A program made the translations under genes and the position numbers. The notes below the pieces were generated by a model. It saw only the letters and a program-made list of their open reading frames with translations. It did no database searches and was not told the origin of the DNA. A DNA stretch of 64,000 bases from a virus: positions 46,968 to 110,967 of the IMG/VR virus record IMGVR_UViG_3300011113_000784; one strand, written 5' to 3'. Position 1 is the first letter of the stretch; the number at the start of each line of letters is the position of its first letter. This document shows positions 47,729-58,662 of this stretch, piece by piece.

Positions 47729-50185
47729 TTAAACATCATATGGTAAACTGTTTTGAAAACCACTTCTCATGACATAAAGATTTGGCATTACAAACATTCC
47801 ACCACTTACTGAGACACCAATAATTTGTTGCATGTCTCCAGAAAGGAAAGCAGCTTGTAAAGTGCCACCCTGAGTAAATCCACTCGTACTTACGACAATT
47901 CCACCAGAACCCACATAAAGAGAATTACCCTCAAATCCACTAGCTAACATGCCAGAAGCAGAATTGAATATTCTTCCATAAGAAACAACTGTGCAGGCAG
48001 TGCCGCTCAAAGCACCACTCATAGTTACACCAATTGCGGGCAACCTAAGTCCACTAGCTCTTTCTGCTCGTAAAACAACACCACCAGAACCCATGCAAAC
48101 AGCTTTAATACCAGAAATTAGTTCTCCAGCTAAAAATGATGTTGTTAGCAACCTATAAGCCTGTAATGCTATAGCAGTTGGTGCCAAATGTACCGTGTCA
48201 ATTTGTCCTGATCCAATATTTGCAGCAATTATAGATGAACTTGCCAAATGGAATGTGCCAATTTGACCACTGCCAATTTGACTTGATGCCAAAGCACCAG
48301 ATGATAAATGAATTGCTCCAATTATGCCGCTTGCTATGATTCCACTTACAAAAACTCCTGATGCCAAGTGAACACCAGCAACTTGACCTGATGCTATATT
48401 TCCACTTCTGACAGCGTTATTAGCTAGATGAAATTGTCCAATTTGACCAGAGGCTATGGCACCGCTTGTGACGCTGCCTGAACCTAAATTTGTTGCAAAA
48501 ATAACTCCAGAAGCGATGTTATTGTTAATTATTTGACCTGAAGCAATATTGAAGTTAAATACAGCACTATCACCAACCATGCCAGATTTTATATCACCTG
48601 ACCTAATATTTGGAGTTGTAAATATACCACTTGCTAAATGGCTGCTAGCAATTTGTCCTGATGCAATGTTCCCGCTTACAATTGCACCACTACTAATTTT
48701 ACCGCTTGTTATGCAACCTGATGCTAAATGGAATTGACCGATTATGCCTGATGCTATATTGCCACTTCTAACAGCACCTGATGCCAGATGAAATTGACCT
48801 ACTTGACCCGATCCTATTGCGCTACTTCTGATTCCACCGGCGGCAATATGTACTGTATCAATTTGACCACTTGCAATATTTCCGCTAGTTATTGCAAAAT
48901 TACCTATTTTGCCACTTGTTACTGCACCAGAAAGAATGTGATAATTGGCAATTGCATTTTGATTTATATGATAGTTTTGAATAGATCCAGATGCTATATG
49001 TAATGATCCAATTTGTCCCGATGATATGTGGGCGCTTAAAACAGCGCCTGAGTTTATTTTTCCGCTTGTTATTGTGCCTGATGCTATATGAAATCCACCA
49101 ACCTGACCAGATCCAATATAACCACTCAATATAGATCCAATAGCTATATGGAATGTTCCAACTTGACCACTTGCAATGTTTGAGCTTCTAACTGCGCCTG
49201 AAGACAGATGAAAAGATCCAACTTGTCCACTTGCAATGCTTCCACTTACAACAGCATTGTTTGCAATCATTCCTGAAGTAATTTGTCCTGATCCAATAAA
49301 ACCTGAAGAAAGATGAAATTGTCCAATTGTTCCAGAAGCAATTGCTCCACTAAGAATCGCTCCATCTGCAATCATACCGCTTTGAATTTGACCTGAAGCT
49401 ATTGTTACTGCACCTGACGCAAGATGAATACCACCGATCTGTCCAGAAGCAATATTGCCACTTGTAACTGCGTTGTCTCCTATGTCACCGCTCGTAACTT
49501 GACCAGATAAAAGGGAAATAGCTCCACTAGAAATATGAAACTGTCCAATTTGACCAGAAGCGATATTGCCTGAATTTACCGCATTATCTCCAATCATTCC
49601 GCTTTGGACTTGTCCAGAAGTCAGAGCTGTTGCACCTGATGCAAGATGAAAATTACTTATTTGTCCACTTGCAATATTTCCAGAAAAAATTGCAGCATTT
49701 CCAATATTGCCACTTTGAACTTGACCAGAAGATAAAACAACTATTCCAGATGATAAATGTACAGTTCCAATTTGACCGCTTGCTATATTTCCGCTTAAAA
49801 TAGCATTATTGCCAACATTTCCGCTTTGAACTTGACCAGAAGTTAAAACAATTGCACCGCTAGAAATATGAAATTGTCCTATTTGACCAGAAGCAATATT
49901 CCCAGAAGTTACTGCGTTATTTCCAATATTACCACTTTGAACTTGACCAGAAGTTAAACTTCCACCGCCACCGCCTCCTCCTCCAACACCACTTGCTAAA
50001 TGAAATTGTCCTACTTGCCCGGAAGCAATATTTCCACTAAATACAACAGGAGTTCCTAATTGACCACTAGTTACATTGCCAGAAGCGCCAATTGAAACCC
50101 AAGCAGATCCGTTATATGTCCAACTTTGGGTTAGATAATCATATCTTTGACCGGATGCTGGCAAACTAGGAAAACTAATAGGCAT
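47729..50185 (-). CDS. SG-repeat fibre protein, paralog of 41524-47715 lacking propellers
   Basis: same N- and C-terminal domains; SGxIASGQIGxxHL decapeptide repeats. Confidence 0.75.
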   Translation of the reverse strand: MPISFPSLPASGQRYDYLTQSWTYNGSAWVSIGASGNVTSGQLGTPVVFSGNIASGQVGQFHLASGVGGGGGGGGSLTSGQVQSGNIGNNAVTSGNIASGQIGQFHISSGAIVLTSGQVQSGNVGNNAILSGNIASGQIGTVHLSSGIVVLSSGQVQSGNIGNAAIFSGNIASGQISNFHLASGATALTSGQVQSGMIGDNAVNSGNIASGQIGQFHISSGAISLLSGQVTSGDIGDNAVTSGNIASGQIGGIHLASGAVTIASGQIQSGMIADGAILSGAIASGTIGQFHLSSGFIGSGQITSGMIANNAVVSGSIASGQVGSFHLSSGAVRSSNIASGQVGTFHIAIGSILSGYIGSGQVGGFHIASGTITSGKINSGAVLSAHISSGQIGSLHIASGSIQNYHINQNAIANYHILSGAVTSGKIGNFAITSGNIASGQIDTVHIAAGGIRSSAIGSGQVGQFHLASGAVRSGNIASGIIGQFHLASGCITSGKISSGAIVSGNIASGQIASSHLASGIFTTPNIRSGDIKSGMVGDSAVFNFNIASGQIINNNIASGVIFATNLGSGSVTSGAIASGQIGQFHLANNAVRSGNIASGQVAGVHLASGVFVSGIIASGIIGAIHLSSGALASSQIGSGQIGTFHLASSSIIAANIGSGQIDTVHLAPTAIALQAYRLLTTSFLAGELISGIKAVCMGSGGVVLRAERASGLRLPAIGVTMSGALSGTACTVVSYGRIFNSASGMLASGFEGNSLYVGSGGIVVSTSGFTQGGTLQAAFLSGDMQQIIGVSVSGGMFVMPNLYVMRSGFQNSLPYDV

Positions 50186-50229
50186 ATGACTTTACTTTCT
50201 TATTATAATTTATTAATTATGCATAAATT

Positions 50230-53200
50230 TTACAATTGTACCCATTGTTGCGTTGATCCGTCATCGACATAAGTTAAAAGAATTCCTGTATCAGTATTAA
50301 ACCATCTATCTCCATTAACTGGGTTGGATGGTGTTGCATTTGTAACCGCAAATCTGTTCAATTGACCACTTGCAAAATGAAATTGTCCTATAATTCCACT
50401 AGCAATAGATCCAGATACAATAGCAGCATTACCAATATGCCCACTAGTGACGCTACCAGAAGCATGATGGAATTGACCAACACTTCCACTAGCTATACTT
50501 CCAGATACAACAGCAACATTGCCGATGTGCCCACTAGTGACACTACCAGAAGCATGATGGAACTGACCAACACTTCCACTAGCTATACTTCCAGATACAA
50601 CAGCAGCATTCCCAATATAACCACTTGTTACACTGCCACTTGTTAAACCGGCAGAAAGAACACCAGAAGCAATATGGTTAGCACCAATTTGTCCAGATGC
50701 AATACTTCCTGATACAACTGCATTGTTTCCTATTTGACCACTATTGACTGCACCTGAACTAAGGTGCATCTGACCAACACTACCACTTGCAATACTGCCA
50801 GAAACAATAGCAGCGTTTCCAATATGACCTGATGTCACACTGCCTGAAGCATGATGGAACTGACCAATACTTCCGCTAGCTATACTACCAGATACGACAG
50901 ATGCATTTCCCAATCCGCCACTTTGAACGCTACCACTTGTGACAAATGTACCTGAAAAAACAGTACCTGAAGCTAAATGAACGAGTCCTATTTGTCCAGA
51001 AGCGACAGAACCTGAAACAACACTATTGTTTGCGAGATAACCACTACCAATTGATCCTGAAAGTAAGTTGGTAATAGCAGCACCGGAAGCAAGAGCAATT
51101 GTAACTGCTCCACTTCCGTTATAACTTCCACCAGTTAAACCAGTTCCAATAGTAAGTGCTGCATTTGCGTAACTACCACCAAGAGCAGTAGAAGCACCAT
51201 TAATTGTTATTGAGTTATTAGCAAGTTGAGTGTTAGAAACGCTACCGCTTAGTAAATTACCAGTTGCTGCACCTGATGATAGATGTAAATTACTTATTTG
51301 TCCACTAGCAATATCGCCTGAAAGAATTGATCCATCAGCTAAGTGAACAGAACCAATGGCACCACTTGCGATACTACCAGACACAACTGCTGCATTTCCA
51401 ATAAATCCAGATTGAACTTGTCCACTTTGCAATGTGACAGAGCCACCAGTCATAATATTAGTGCTTACTCCTGCACCACCACTTGTAATCTGTAAGAAAA
51501 ATCCTCTATTTGTTCCACCAGTTTCAAATATCCTAAGTTTGTCTTGATAAATGTCTATTGATACTGATCCGCTAGTAATAGTAGTATTTGTTTGTGCAGT
51601 AGCCAAATTAATTTGACCACCTTCGTCAGCAATTGATTGTGTTGATGCAAACAAACCTGCTGCCAGATCATTTCCATTCCAAGTGAGTCCTGAAAATCCA
51701 TTTAATGATGCGCCATTATTAACCTGAATTTGACCAGAAGAACCACCAGTTAATGTTCCGCTTGCAATTGTTCCAGATGTGACGCTATTTGTTGCTAATT
51801 GACCACTATTAACTGCACCTGAGCTAAGATGCATTTTTCCAATTTGTCCACTAGCGATATCGCCTGAAAGAATTGATCCATCCGCCAAATGAACAGACCC
51901 TATAACCCCACTACCAATACTTCCGCTAAGTAAACCGCCTGAAGCAATATGTATGTCCCTAATGACACCAGCAGTGATATTACCAGAATTAACTGAATTG
52001 TTACCTAGGTATCCGCTTGTTACATTTCCTGACAACAGGAATGTTCCAGAAAACACAGTTCCTGAAGCTAAGTGAACAAGTCCTATTTGTCCAGAGCCAA
52101 TATCCCCAGAAAGGATTGCCCCATCAGCCAAATGAACACTTCCAATAACTCCGCTAGCTATACTTCCAGATACAACCGCTCCATTTCCTAATGCGCCACT
52201 TTGAACGCTGCCAGAGGTAACAAATGTTCCAGAAAACACAGTTCCAGAAGCAAGATGGACAAGTCCTATTTGTCCCGAACCAATGCTTCCAGAAACAACA
52301 GATGCATTTGATAATTTACCACTACCTATACCACCACTAGCAACAATGTTGTTATAAACTGAACCATCGGCTAGTTTACCACTACCTATTCCACCACTAG
52401 CAACAATGTTGTTATAAACTGAACCATCAGCAAGCTTGCCACTACCAACTCCACCAGATGCAATTGTATTATTAAAAACAGCAGCATCACCAATCATACC
52501 AGAAGTAATTGCTCCTGAAGCGATCAAGCCATCAGTGATTGCATTTTGAGCTATATGATAAGTGCCAATTTGACCGCTACTGATACTTCCAGAAGTTACA
52601 TAAAGATTGCGCCAAACACCACCATCGTAAGTCAAAACCTGATTATTAGCAGCAGAAGAAATAGTAACATCTGTCAAATCATCAAGTGTTAAACCTCCTG
52701 TACCACCACCTCCACCAGCACTATTTCTGAAGTTTCCTGCTTGAATGAATACAGCATTAGCTGTTGTGTTTAATGTGGCAGCTGCTCCTCTGACAATTAT
52801 GTAGCCCAAAAATACACATGCGGCAGATGTGAATGGATCTTCATCAAATGCTTCTAAGAATATATTTTGTGAAGCTGTTGCTGAGTTTCCATAAGTTGCT
52901 CTGCCGTAATAAATATAAACATTGTTTGTATCACCGGGAATATAGAATACTCTTTGAATTGTCCATTGATTTGCTCCGACAGCCACAAGAGTTCCGGTGC
53001 CGATGTCATAGCTGCCGGGATCTATATTTGTTACAGGACTTGTTGTGAATGTGAAATCACCAGCAGTAGCGGAACGGTAGATATAATACATATTAACCGT
53101 TGTTTTTGCGTTTTCAGTTGTTGTGCTAGGGTTGTTTATGTTATTTTCATAATTGCTGCCAAAAGCAAAAGCTGTTCCTGCTGCACGATTGACTTGAAGA

Positions 53201-56200
53201 TTGGCTCCATTAGCTGCGATTGATAGTCCTGTGACTTTTACAGGACCAAAAACTCTTGCAAATGAATCCAATTGACTTACACATGCATAGGACACATTTG
53301 GATGTGGTTCAACTGCCTGAATAGTTGTGTTGTTAGGATGTAGAACATAACCCAAAGTAATTTGTTCTAAATATTCCGTTAATGTGAAAGCAGCGTTTTG
53401 AGTTACAAATGTTCCACCTGACTTTACTGAAACATATGTAACATTACCACTACTTATGGGAATCGCCAATCCACTTGTGTATCCCCAACTGACATTAACA
53501 GATTCTGGATTTCCCGAAGCTCCTACTCTTGGAGTGCATATTACACCTTCTCCAGAAGAAATAATAATTGTATTTGCGCCAGACAAGAAACTTATTAATC
53601 CACCATAAAGCAGACCAGTAGTTTGTTGCTCTTCATATCTTTGCCAAGTTGTACCATTTAAAGTCAAGGCATTATTGATAATTGCGCCAGAACTAAAATG
53701 ATTGGTGCTTATTTGACCAGAGGCTATACTTCCAGATATGACAGATGCGTCAGCTAATTTGCCACTAACAACGCCGCCAGATGCAATATTGTTGTTGAAT
53801 ATGGCACCAGACCCAACCATTCCAGAAGTAATTGCACCTGATGCAATCAAACCATCAGTGATTGCATTTTGCGCTATATGGAATGTCCCGATTTGTCCAC
53901 TTGCAATACTTCCAGAAACAACAGAAGCGTTTCCTAACGAACCACTCTGAACACTGCCAGATATAACAAATGTTCCAGAAAATACTGTTCCAGAAGCTAA
54001 ATGAACCAAACCAATTTGTCCACTAGCAATACTTCCAGAAACAACAGAAGCGTTTCCTAATGAACCACTTTGAACACTGCCTGATGTAACAAATATACCA
54101 GAATTAACAACACCAGAAGCAATTTGATAAAGTCCGATTTGTCCAGATGATACTTTCGATGAAGTAATTGCATTGTCTGCAATTAAGTTACTAACAATAC
54201 CACCACTGGAGACACCAAGAGTCATGGCAACAGAACCGTTGTAAATTGTTCCACTGTTTAGACTTAGACCGCTGGCTATTGTCAATGGTTCTACTGCAAC
54301 GCCACCACTTATTGTCGCACTAATCGTATAAACATCATTTGCATCGGCAGTTATTGTGACATTGCTTCCTTGCTGAAGACCTTTTACAACTTGTCCACTA
54401 GCGATATGAATTTTTCCAACTTGACCGCTAGAAATGTTTCCAGAGTTGACTGCACCATTACCTAAATTACCGCTTTGAACAATGCCAGATGTAAGACTAA
54501 AACTTGTAGGAATTACTCCTGATGCAATATGGTTGGCACCAATTTGACCGCTAGCAATACTTCCAGAAACAACAGAAGCGTTTCCTAATGAGCCACTTTG
54601 TACTGTTCCTGATGCAACAAATGTTCCAGAAAATACAGTTCCAGAAGCTAAATGAACTAAACCAATTTGTCCTGAAGCTATATTGCTTGAAGTGACAGCA
54701 CTGTTTCCTATGTTGCCTGATTGAACTGTGCCAGAAGTTAGTGTGAAAGATACACCGCTTGCTAGGTGATATTGTCCTATTTGTCCACTTCCAATACTTC
54801 CAGATACGACAGAAGAGTTTCCTAATGAGCCACTCTGGACACTACCAGAAGTAACAAATATACCAGATTGAATCACGCCAGATGCAATATGATAAATACC
54901 AATTTGTCCACTACTGATATCTCCAGATTTCACAGAACCATCAGCAAGATGAATAGAACCAATTTGTCCGCTACCAATAGAACCAGATAGCAAACCACCT
55001 GAAGCAATATGAATACCATTAATAGTTCCAGCAGTTATGTTGCCAGAATTAACAGAATTGTTTCCTAAATATCCACTTGTTACATTTCCAGATAATAAGA
55101 ATGTGCCAGAAATAATAGTGCCAGAAGCTAAATGAACCAAACCAATTTGACCACTAGAAATATTTCCTGAATTTACTGAGTTGTTACCTAAATTTCCACT
55201 TTGGACAATTCCAGATGTAAGACTGAAACTTGTAGGAATGACACCAGAAGCAATATGATTTGCACCAATTTGTCCAGAAGCAATGTTTCCAGAGGTTACG
55301 GCGTTATTTCCTATGTTGCCTGATTGAACAGCGCCAGAAGTTAAAGTAAAAGATACTCCACTTGCCAAATGGTATTGTCCTATTTGTCCGCTTGCAATGC
55401 TTCCACTTACAACGGAAGCATTTCCTAAAGCTCCACTTTGTACTGTTCCAGAGGCAACAAATACACCTGAATTAATTACACCAGAGGCAATATGATAAAG
55501 TCCGATTTGACCACTAGAAATATCACCAGAAAGAACTGCACCATCAGCAAGATGAACAGAACCGATTGAACCACTTGAGATAGAACCACTGCCCAATCCA
55601 CCTGAAGCGATATGAATGCCATTGATAGTTCCAGCGGTGATATTACCGCTATTAACAGAATTATTTCCTAAATATCCACTTGTTACATTTCCAGATAATA
55701 AGAATGTGCCAGAAAGAACAGCGCCAGAAGCCAAATGAACCAAACCAATTTGTCCACTACCAATATTTCCAGACAAAATTCCTTCATTTGCTACATGTAT
55801 TGTGCCGATTGTACCAGAAGCTATCTTTCCTGAAGTAACAGCATTATTTGCGATATCTGTATTAATAATTGCGCCACTAGCAATATGTTCTGCTGTAATA
55901 CTACCGCTAGCTATGGCAAACTGACCAACACTGCCACTAGCAATTGATCCAGATACAACAGAACCATTTCCCAAATAACCACTTGTTACGCTACCAGAAG
56001 TTAATCCACCAGCCAAAACGCCAGAAGCAATATGACTTGCACCAATCTGTCCGCTTCCAATAGAACCGCTTACAACAGAAGCATTTCCTAATGCGCCACT
56101 CTGAACAGTGCCAGAGGCAACAAATGTTCCTGAAAATATAGTTCCAGAAGCTAGGTGATAAAGACCAATTTGTCCACTAGAAATATCGCCAGATTGGACA

Positions 56201-56694
56201 GCACCATTTGCCAAGTGAACGCTACCAATTTGTCCACTTCCAACAGATCCAGAAAGTAATCCGCCAGAAGCAATATGGATTCCACCAATAACACCTGATG
56301 TGATATTTCCAGAATTAACTGAGTTGTTGCCAATATATCCAGATGTAACAATTCCAGATTGAAGTGTTGTTCCTGATTGAATTACGCCTGATGCAATGTG
56401 AGATAAACCAATTTGCCCACTAGCTATACTTCCAGATACAACTGCTGCATTTGCAATATGACCACTATTAATAATTCCACTAGATAAATCGTATCTGGTT
56501 ATTTGTCCACTTGCAATATTTCTTGATGTAATTGCATCAAGACCAATATGACCGCTGTTAACCGCACCACTTGAAAGTTTAAATTGACTAACTTGTCCAG
56601 AGGCTATATTGCCAGAAAGAACTGCATTGTTGCCAATGCTTCCTGAAACTATTCCACCACTCGTTACTCTATATGCAAAACTTACAACTGGCAT
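50230..56694 (-). CDS. giant SG-repeat tail/head fibre protein (2154 aa)
   Basis: decapeptide repeats, LDDLTDV..QVL.Y..W, LTIGTGL.G.SYNGS, C-terminal P.NGD.WF.TDTG..YVDDG..QWV fibre motifs. Confidence 0.75.
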   Translation of the reverse strand: MPVVSFAYRVTSGGIVSGSIGNNAVLSGNIASGQVSQFKLSSGAVNSGHIGLDAITSRNIASGQITRYDLSSGIINSGHIANAAVVSGSIASGQIGLSHIASGVIQSGTTLQSGIVTSGYIGNNSVNSGNITSGVIGGIHIASGGLLSGSVGSGQIGSVHLANGAVQSGDISSGQIGLYHLASGTIFSGTFVASGTVQSGALGNASVVSGSIGSGQIGASHIASGVLAGGLTSGSVTSGYLGNGSVVSGSIASGSVGQFAIASGSITAEHIASGAIINTDIANNAVTSGKIASGTIGTIHVANEGILSGNIGSGQIGLVHLASGAVLSGTFLLSGNVTSGYLGNNSVNSGNITAGTINGIHIASGGLGSGSISSGSIGSVHLADGAVLSGDISSGQIGLYHIASGVINSGVFVASGTVQSGALGNASVVSGSIASGQIGQYHLASGVSFTLTSGAVQSGNIGNNAVTSGNIASGQIGANHIASGVIPTSFSLTSGIVQSGNLGNNSVNSGNISSGQIGLVHLASGTIISGTFLLSGNVTSGYLGNNSVNSGNITAGTINGIHIASGGLLSGSIGSGQIGSIHLADGSVKSGDISSGQIGIYHIASGVIQSGIFVTSGSVQSGSLGNSSVVSGSIGSGQIGQYHLASGVSFTLTSGTVQSGNIGNSAVTSSNIASGQIGLVHLASGTVFSGTFVASGTVQSGSLGNASVVSGSIASGQIGANHIASGVIPTSFSLTSGIVQSGNLGNGAVNSGNISSGQVGKIHIASGQVVKGLQQGSNVTITADANDVYTISATISGGVAVEPLTIASGLSLNSGTIYNGSVAMTLGVSSGGIVSNLIADNAITSSKVSSGQIGLYQIASGVVNSGIFVTSGSVQSGSLGNASVVSGSIASGQIGLVHLASGTVFSGTFVISGSVQSGSLGNASVVSGSIASGQIGTFHIAQNAITDGLIASGAITSGMVGSGAIFNNNIASGGVVSGKLADASVISGSIASGQISTNHFSSGAIINNALTLNGTTWQRYEEQQTTGLLYGGLISFLSGANTIIISSGEGVICTPRVGASGNPESVNVSWGYTSGLAIPISSGNVTYVSVKSGGTFVTQNAAFTLTEYLEQITLGYVLHPNNTTIQAVEPHPNVSYACVSQLDSFARVFGPVKVTGLSIAANGANLQVNRAAGTAFAFGSNYENNINNPSTTTENAKTTVNMYYIYRSATAGDFTFTTSPVTNIDPGSYDIGTGTLVAVGANQWTIQRVFYIPGDTNNVYIYYGRATYGNSATASQNIFLEAFDEDPFTSAACVFLGYIIVRGAAATLNTTANAVFIQAGNFRNSAGGGGGTGGLTLDDLTDVTISSAANNQVLTYDGGVWRNLYVTSGSISSGQIGTYHIAQNAITDGLIASGAITSGMIGDAAVFNNTIASGGVGSGKLADGSVYNNIVASGGIGSGKLADGSVYNNIVASGGIGSGKLSNASVVSGSIGSGQIGLVHLASGTVFSGTFVTSGSVQSGALGNGAVVSGSIASGVIGSVHLADGAILSGDIGSGQIGLVHLASGTVFSGTFLLSGNVTSGYLGNNSVNSGNITAGVIRDIHIASGGLLSGSIGSGVIGSVHLADGSILSGDIASGQIGKMHLSSGAVNSGQLATNSVTSGTIASGTLTGGSSGQIQVNNGASLNGFSGLTWNGNDLAAGLFASTQSIADEGGQINLATAQTNTTITSGSVSIDIYQDKLRIFETGGTNRGFFLQITSGGAGVSTNIMTGGSVTLQSGQVQSGFIGNAAVVSGSIASGAIGSVHLADGSILSGDIASGQISNLHLSSGAATGNLLSGSVSNTQLANNSITINGASTALGGSYANAALTIGTGLTGGSYNGSGAVTIALASGAAITNLLSGSIGSGYLANNSVVSGSVASGQIGLVHLASGTVFSGTFVTSGSVQSGGLGNASVVSGSIASGSIGQFHHASGSVTSGHIGNAAIVSGSIASGSVGQMHLSSGAVNSGQIGNNAVVSGSIASGQIGANHIASGVLSAGLTSGSVTSGYIGNAAVVSGSIASGSVGQFHHASGSVTSGHIGNVAVVSGSIASGSVGQFHHASGSVTSGHIGNAAIVSGSIASGIIGQFHFASGQLNRFAVTNATPSNPVNGDRWFNTDTGILLTYVDDGSTQQWVQL
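50394..50610. repeat. about 2.4 copies of a 90-bp tandem repeat within the fibre gene
   Basis: near-identical units encoding VVSGSIASGSVGQFHHASGSVTSGHIGNAA. Confidence 0.8.
52318..52456. repeat. 60-bp tandem repeat within the fibre gene
   Basis: ACTACCTAT.CCACCACTAGCAACAATGTTGTTATAAACTGAACCATC repeated. Confidence 0.85.
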
Positions 56695-56706
56695 ATTTTT
56701 TCCTCA

Positions 56707-57198
56707 TTATGCATAGAACAAGTTAACCCAACAATCAGCAGAGCCAATTGTCTTGGTTGGTCCGGTAGAACTGTTGCACCAAGAAATTCCATTTGAAAAA
56801 TACATACCAAATTTACTACCATCCCAGAAAAAATTATCATTTGGGAATACACAAATTATTATTTTGGGTACACTGCCATTAGCAGGAACAGTCGCAGAAT
56901 CATGAATTTGTATAAATTGGATACTTCCACTACTATTAAATCCACTAAAACCATACAAAACACCAGAACTTGCTTTGACTATGCCAGAGTTTTCATAGGC
57001 AGTCGAGTTATATGTCGATGGTGTATAAGTATTTGTGCCATCTGGTTTTTCAGCAACTCCTTGTAAGCCGCTTGGTATATTTCTAACAACCAACGCTTCT
57101 TCTGATCCATTTGGTGTGGAACTTTGCACAACAGCTTTTGAATCGTTATCAACTATGTTCACGGATAACGAAGATTGTAGATAATTCAGATCACCCAT
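56707..57198 (-). CDS. putative virion structural protein
   Basis: beta-rich (G.LYG...N....FIQ.HD..T.P..G.VP); GGAG RBS and TAAATA; heads the fibre operon. Confidence 0.6.
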   Translation of the reverse strand: MGDLNYLQSSLSVNIVDNDSKAVVQSSTPNGSEEALVVRNIPSGLQGVAEKPDGTNTYTPSTYNSTAYENSGIVKASSGVLYGFSGFNSSGSIQFIQIHDSATVPANGSVPKIIICVFPNDNFFWDGSKFGMYFSNGISWCNSSTGPTKTIGSADCWVNLFYA

Positions 57199-57260
57199 GA
57201 GTCTCCAATTTTTTATTTACATAATATATATTATTGTCAATCAAATTAAGAGGATGTTTT

Positions 57261-57575
57261 ATGCCAATCACAACTAATAATCCTGTTGTTGTTCCAGCCA
57301 CTACTGAAAAAACTTATGATTCATGGTGGATTGAAAAGATGAATATTGATGCAACTTTGCAAAATGAAGGCAAAGTTGTTTTAGTTATTGATTACAAACT
57401 TTGCTATCTTGACGAAAACCAAATGCCTGTTTTTCATCCAACCGAACCAGCTAAACAATTAATTATCAGGGATTTCTTAGCTTACACTTCACAAAGCCAA
57501 GATCTCTACAATACCGTTTGGGGTGCTGTGAATGTCATTGGCAATATCGGTAAAACTGAAGGTATTATTTCCTAA
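57261..57575 (+). CDS. hypothetical protein
   Basis: GAGG RBS before ATG 57261. Confidence 0.65.
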   Translation: MPITTNNPVVVPATTEKTYDSWWIEKMNIDATLQNEGKVVLVIDYKLCYLDENQMPVFHPTEPAKQLIIRDFLAYTSQSQDLYNTVWGAVNVIGNIGKTEGIIS

Positions 57576-58423
57576 GATCTCATAATTCTATTGCTCACCT
57601 TTTTCCAATAAGGATATGAATTATATTCTGAAGAAGGCGAGTGATAAAACATGTACTTTGGATTATTAATGTCAATTTTAAAGCCATTGTTTAAAATTGT
57701 TTGATACATTTTTTGATATACTTGTGGGCAAGAATAGGGTTTTTTTTGTAAATTTATTTCTTTTATTCTTCCAACAACACTATCATCCCATTTGAAATGA
57801 TGTACTTGCGTAAAAAATGAATGTACTGGATATCTCCAAGGATGATCTAATTTTCTTGGTCCTATTCTTAGACCATTTTCTTTAGCATAATGTTGACCTA
57901 TAGTTACTTCAACATGCCCTTTGCATAAAGCGACTTTATTAGGACAAGCTCCACTAGTTAAAAATCCATAAAATCCAGCCATAGGAAATAGTTCCCATAA
58001 ATTTGAATCTATTTTTATTTCTGGAAAAACTCCATCTGCTCCCACTCTATCTAAAAATCCACCAGAAACATATTGCCAATTATTGACTTCACATTCTTCT
58101 ATTATTTCTTCAATATCTTTCCAATAAACATGGAATTCATCATCGTCAGCGATAATCCACCAATCATTAGGATACTTGTACTTTGTTAAGTTGTAAAATC
58201 TAGAAAGCTCTACCCAATCATTTGCTCGATGATTTTTTACTTCATAAATATTTAGACCAAATTCTTTAAGTAATTCTTGCACCTCCTCTACTAAACTTCT
58301 TGGAGAATTGTTGTTTTTATACAAAATTATAAATATATCGCTTACTTTTTCTTTGTAGTGATTTATTTGATGCCTTAATATGTTTGTTCTGCCACTTGTG
58401 ACAGTTAATAATTTCGGTTTCAT
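57572..58423 (-). CDS. GT-A fold glycosyltransferase-like
   Basis: HY, WWIIADDDEF, DR, HHFKW. Confidence 0.7.
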   Translation of the reverse strand: MKPKLLTVTSGRTNILRHQINHYKEKVSDIFIILYKNNNSPRSLVEEVQELLKEFGLNIYEVKNHRANDWVELSRFYNLTKYKYPNDWWIIADDDEFHVYWKDIEEIIEECEVNNWQYVSGGFLDRVGADGVFPEIKIDSNLWELFPMAGFYGFLTSGACPNKVALCKGHVEVTIGQHYAKENGLRIGPRKLDHPWRYPVHSFFTQVHHFKWDDSVVGRIKEINLQKKPYSCPQVYQKMYQTILNNGFKIDINNPKYMFYHSPSSEYNSYPYWKKVSNRIMRS

Positions 58424-58467
58424 TATCTGAATATAGTGAAATTTTTAAAAATTACTATATCAATAGT

Positions 58468-58659
58468 ATGAAACCAGAATTACTTTTGTCCGATGAATTT
58501 GTTGAATTTTCAGCCAAAATTGCTGAATTGCATCAAAAAAAGAAACAACTAACAGCAGAGATCAAATCTCTAATTCAAAAACACCAGAAAGAAATTGCCG
58601 ATATTACTGAAGAAGTTCAAAAATTAACTGCTGAATTTGAAGAAAAAACCAATAAATAA
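58468..58659 (+). CDS. small coiled-coil protein
   Basis: heptad pattern; ACTATAT upstream. Confidence 0.6.
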   Translation: MKPELLLSDEFVEFSAKIAELHQKKKQLTAEIKSLIQKHQKEIADITEEVQKLTAEFEEKTNK

Positions 58660-58662
58660 AAC

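Noticed and set aside
41524-56694. CRISPR array or DGR in the repetitive region
   Set aside because: The repeats are in-frame coding repeats with synonymous variation; there is no repeat-spacer pattern, cas gene or reverse transcriptase.
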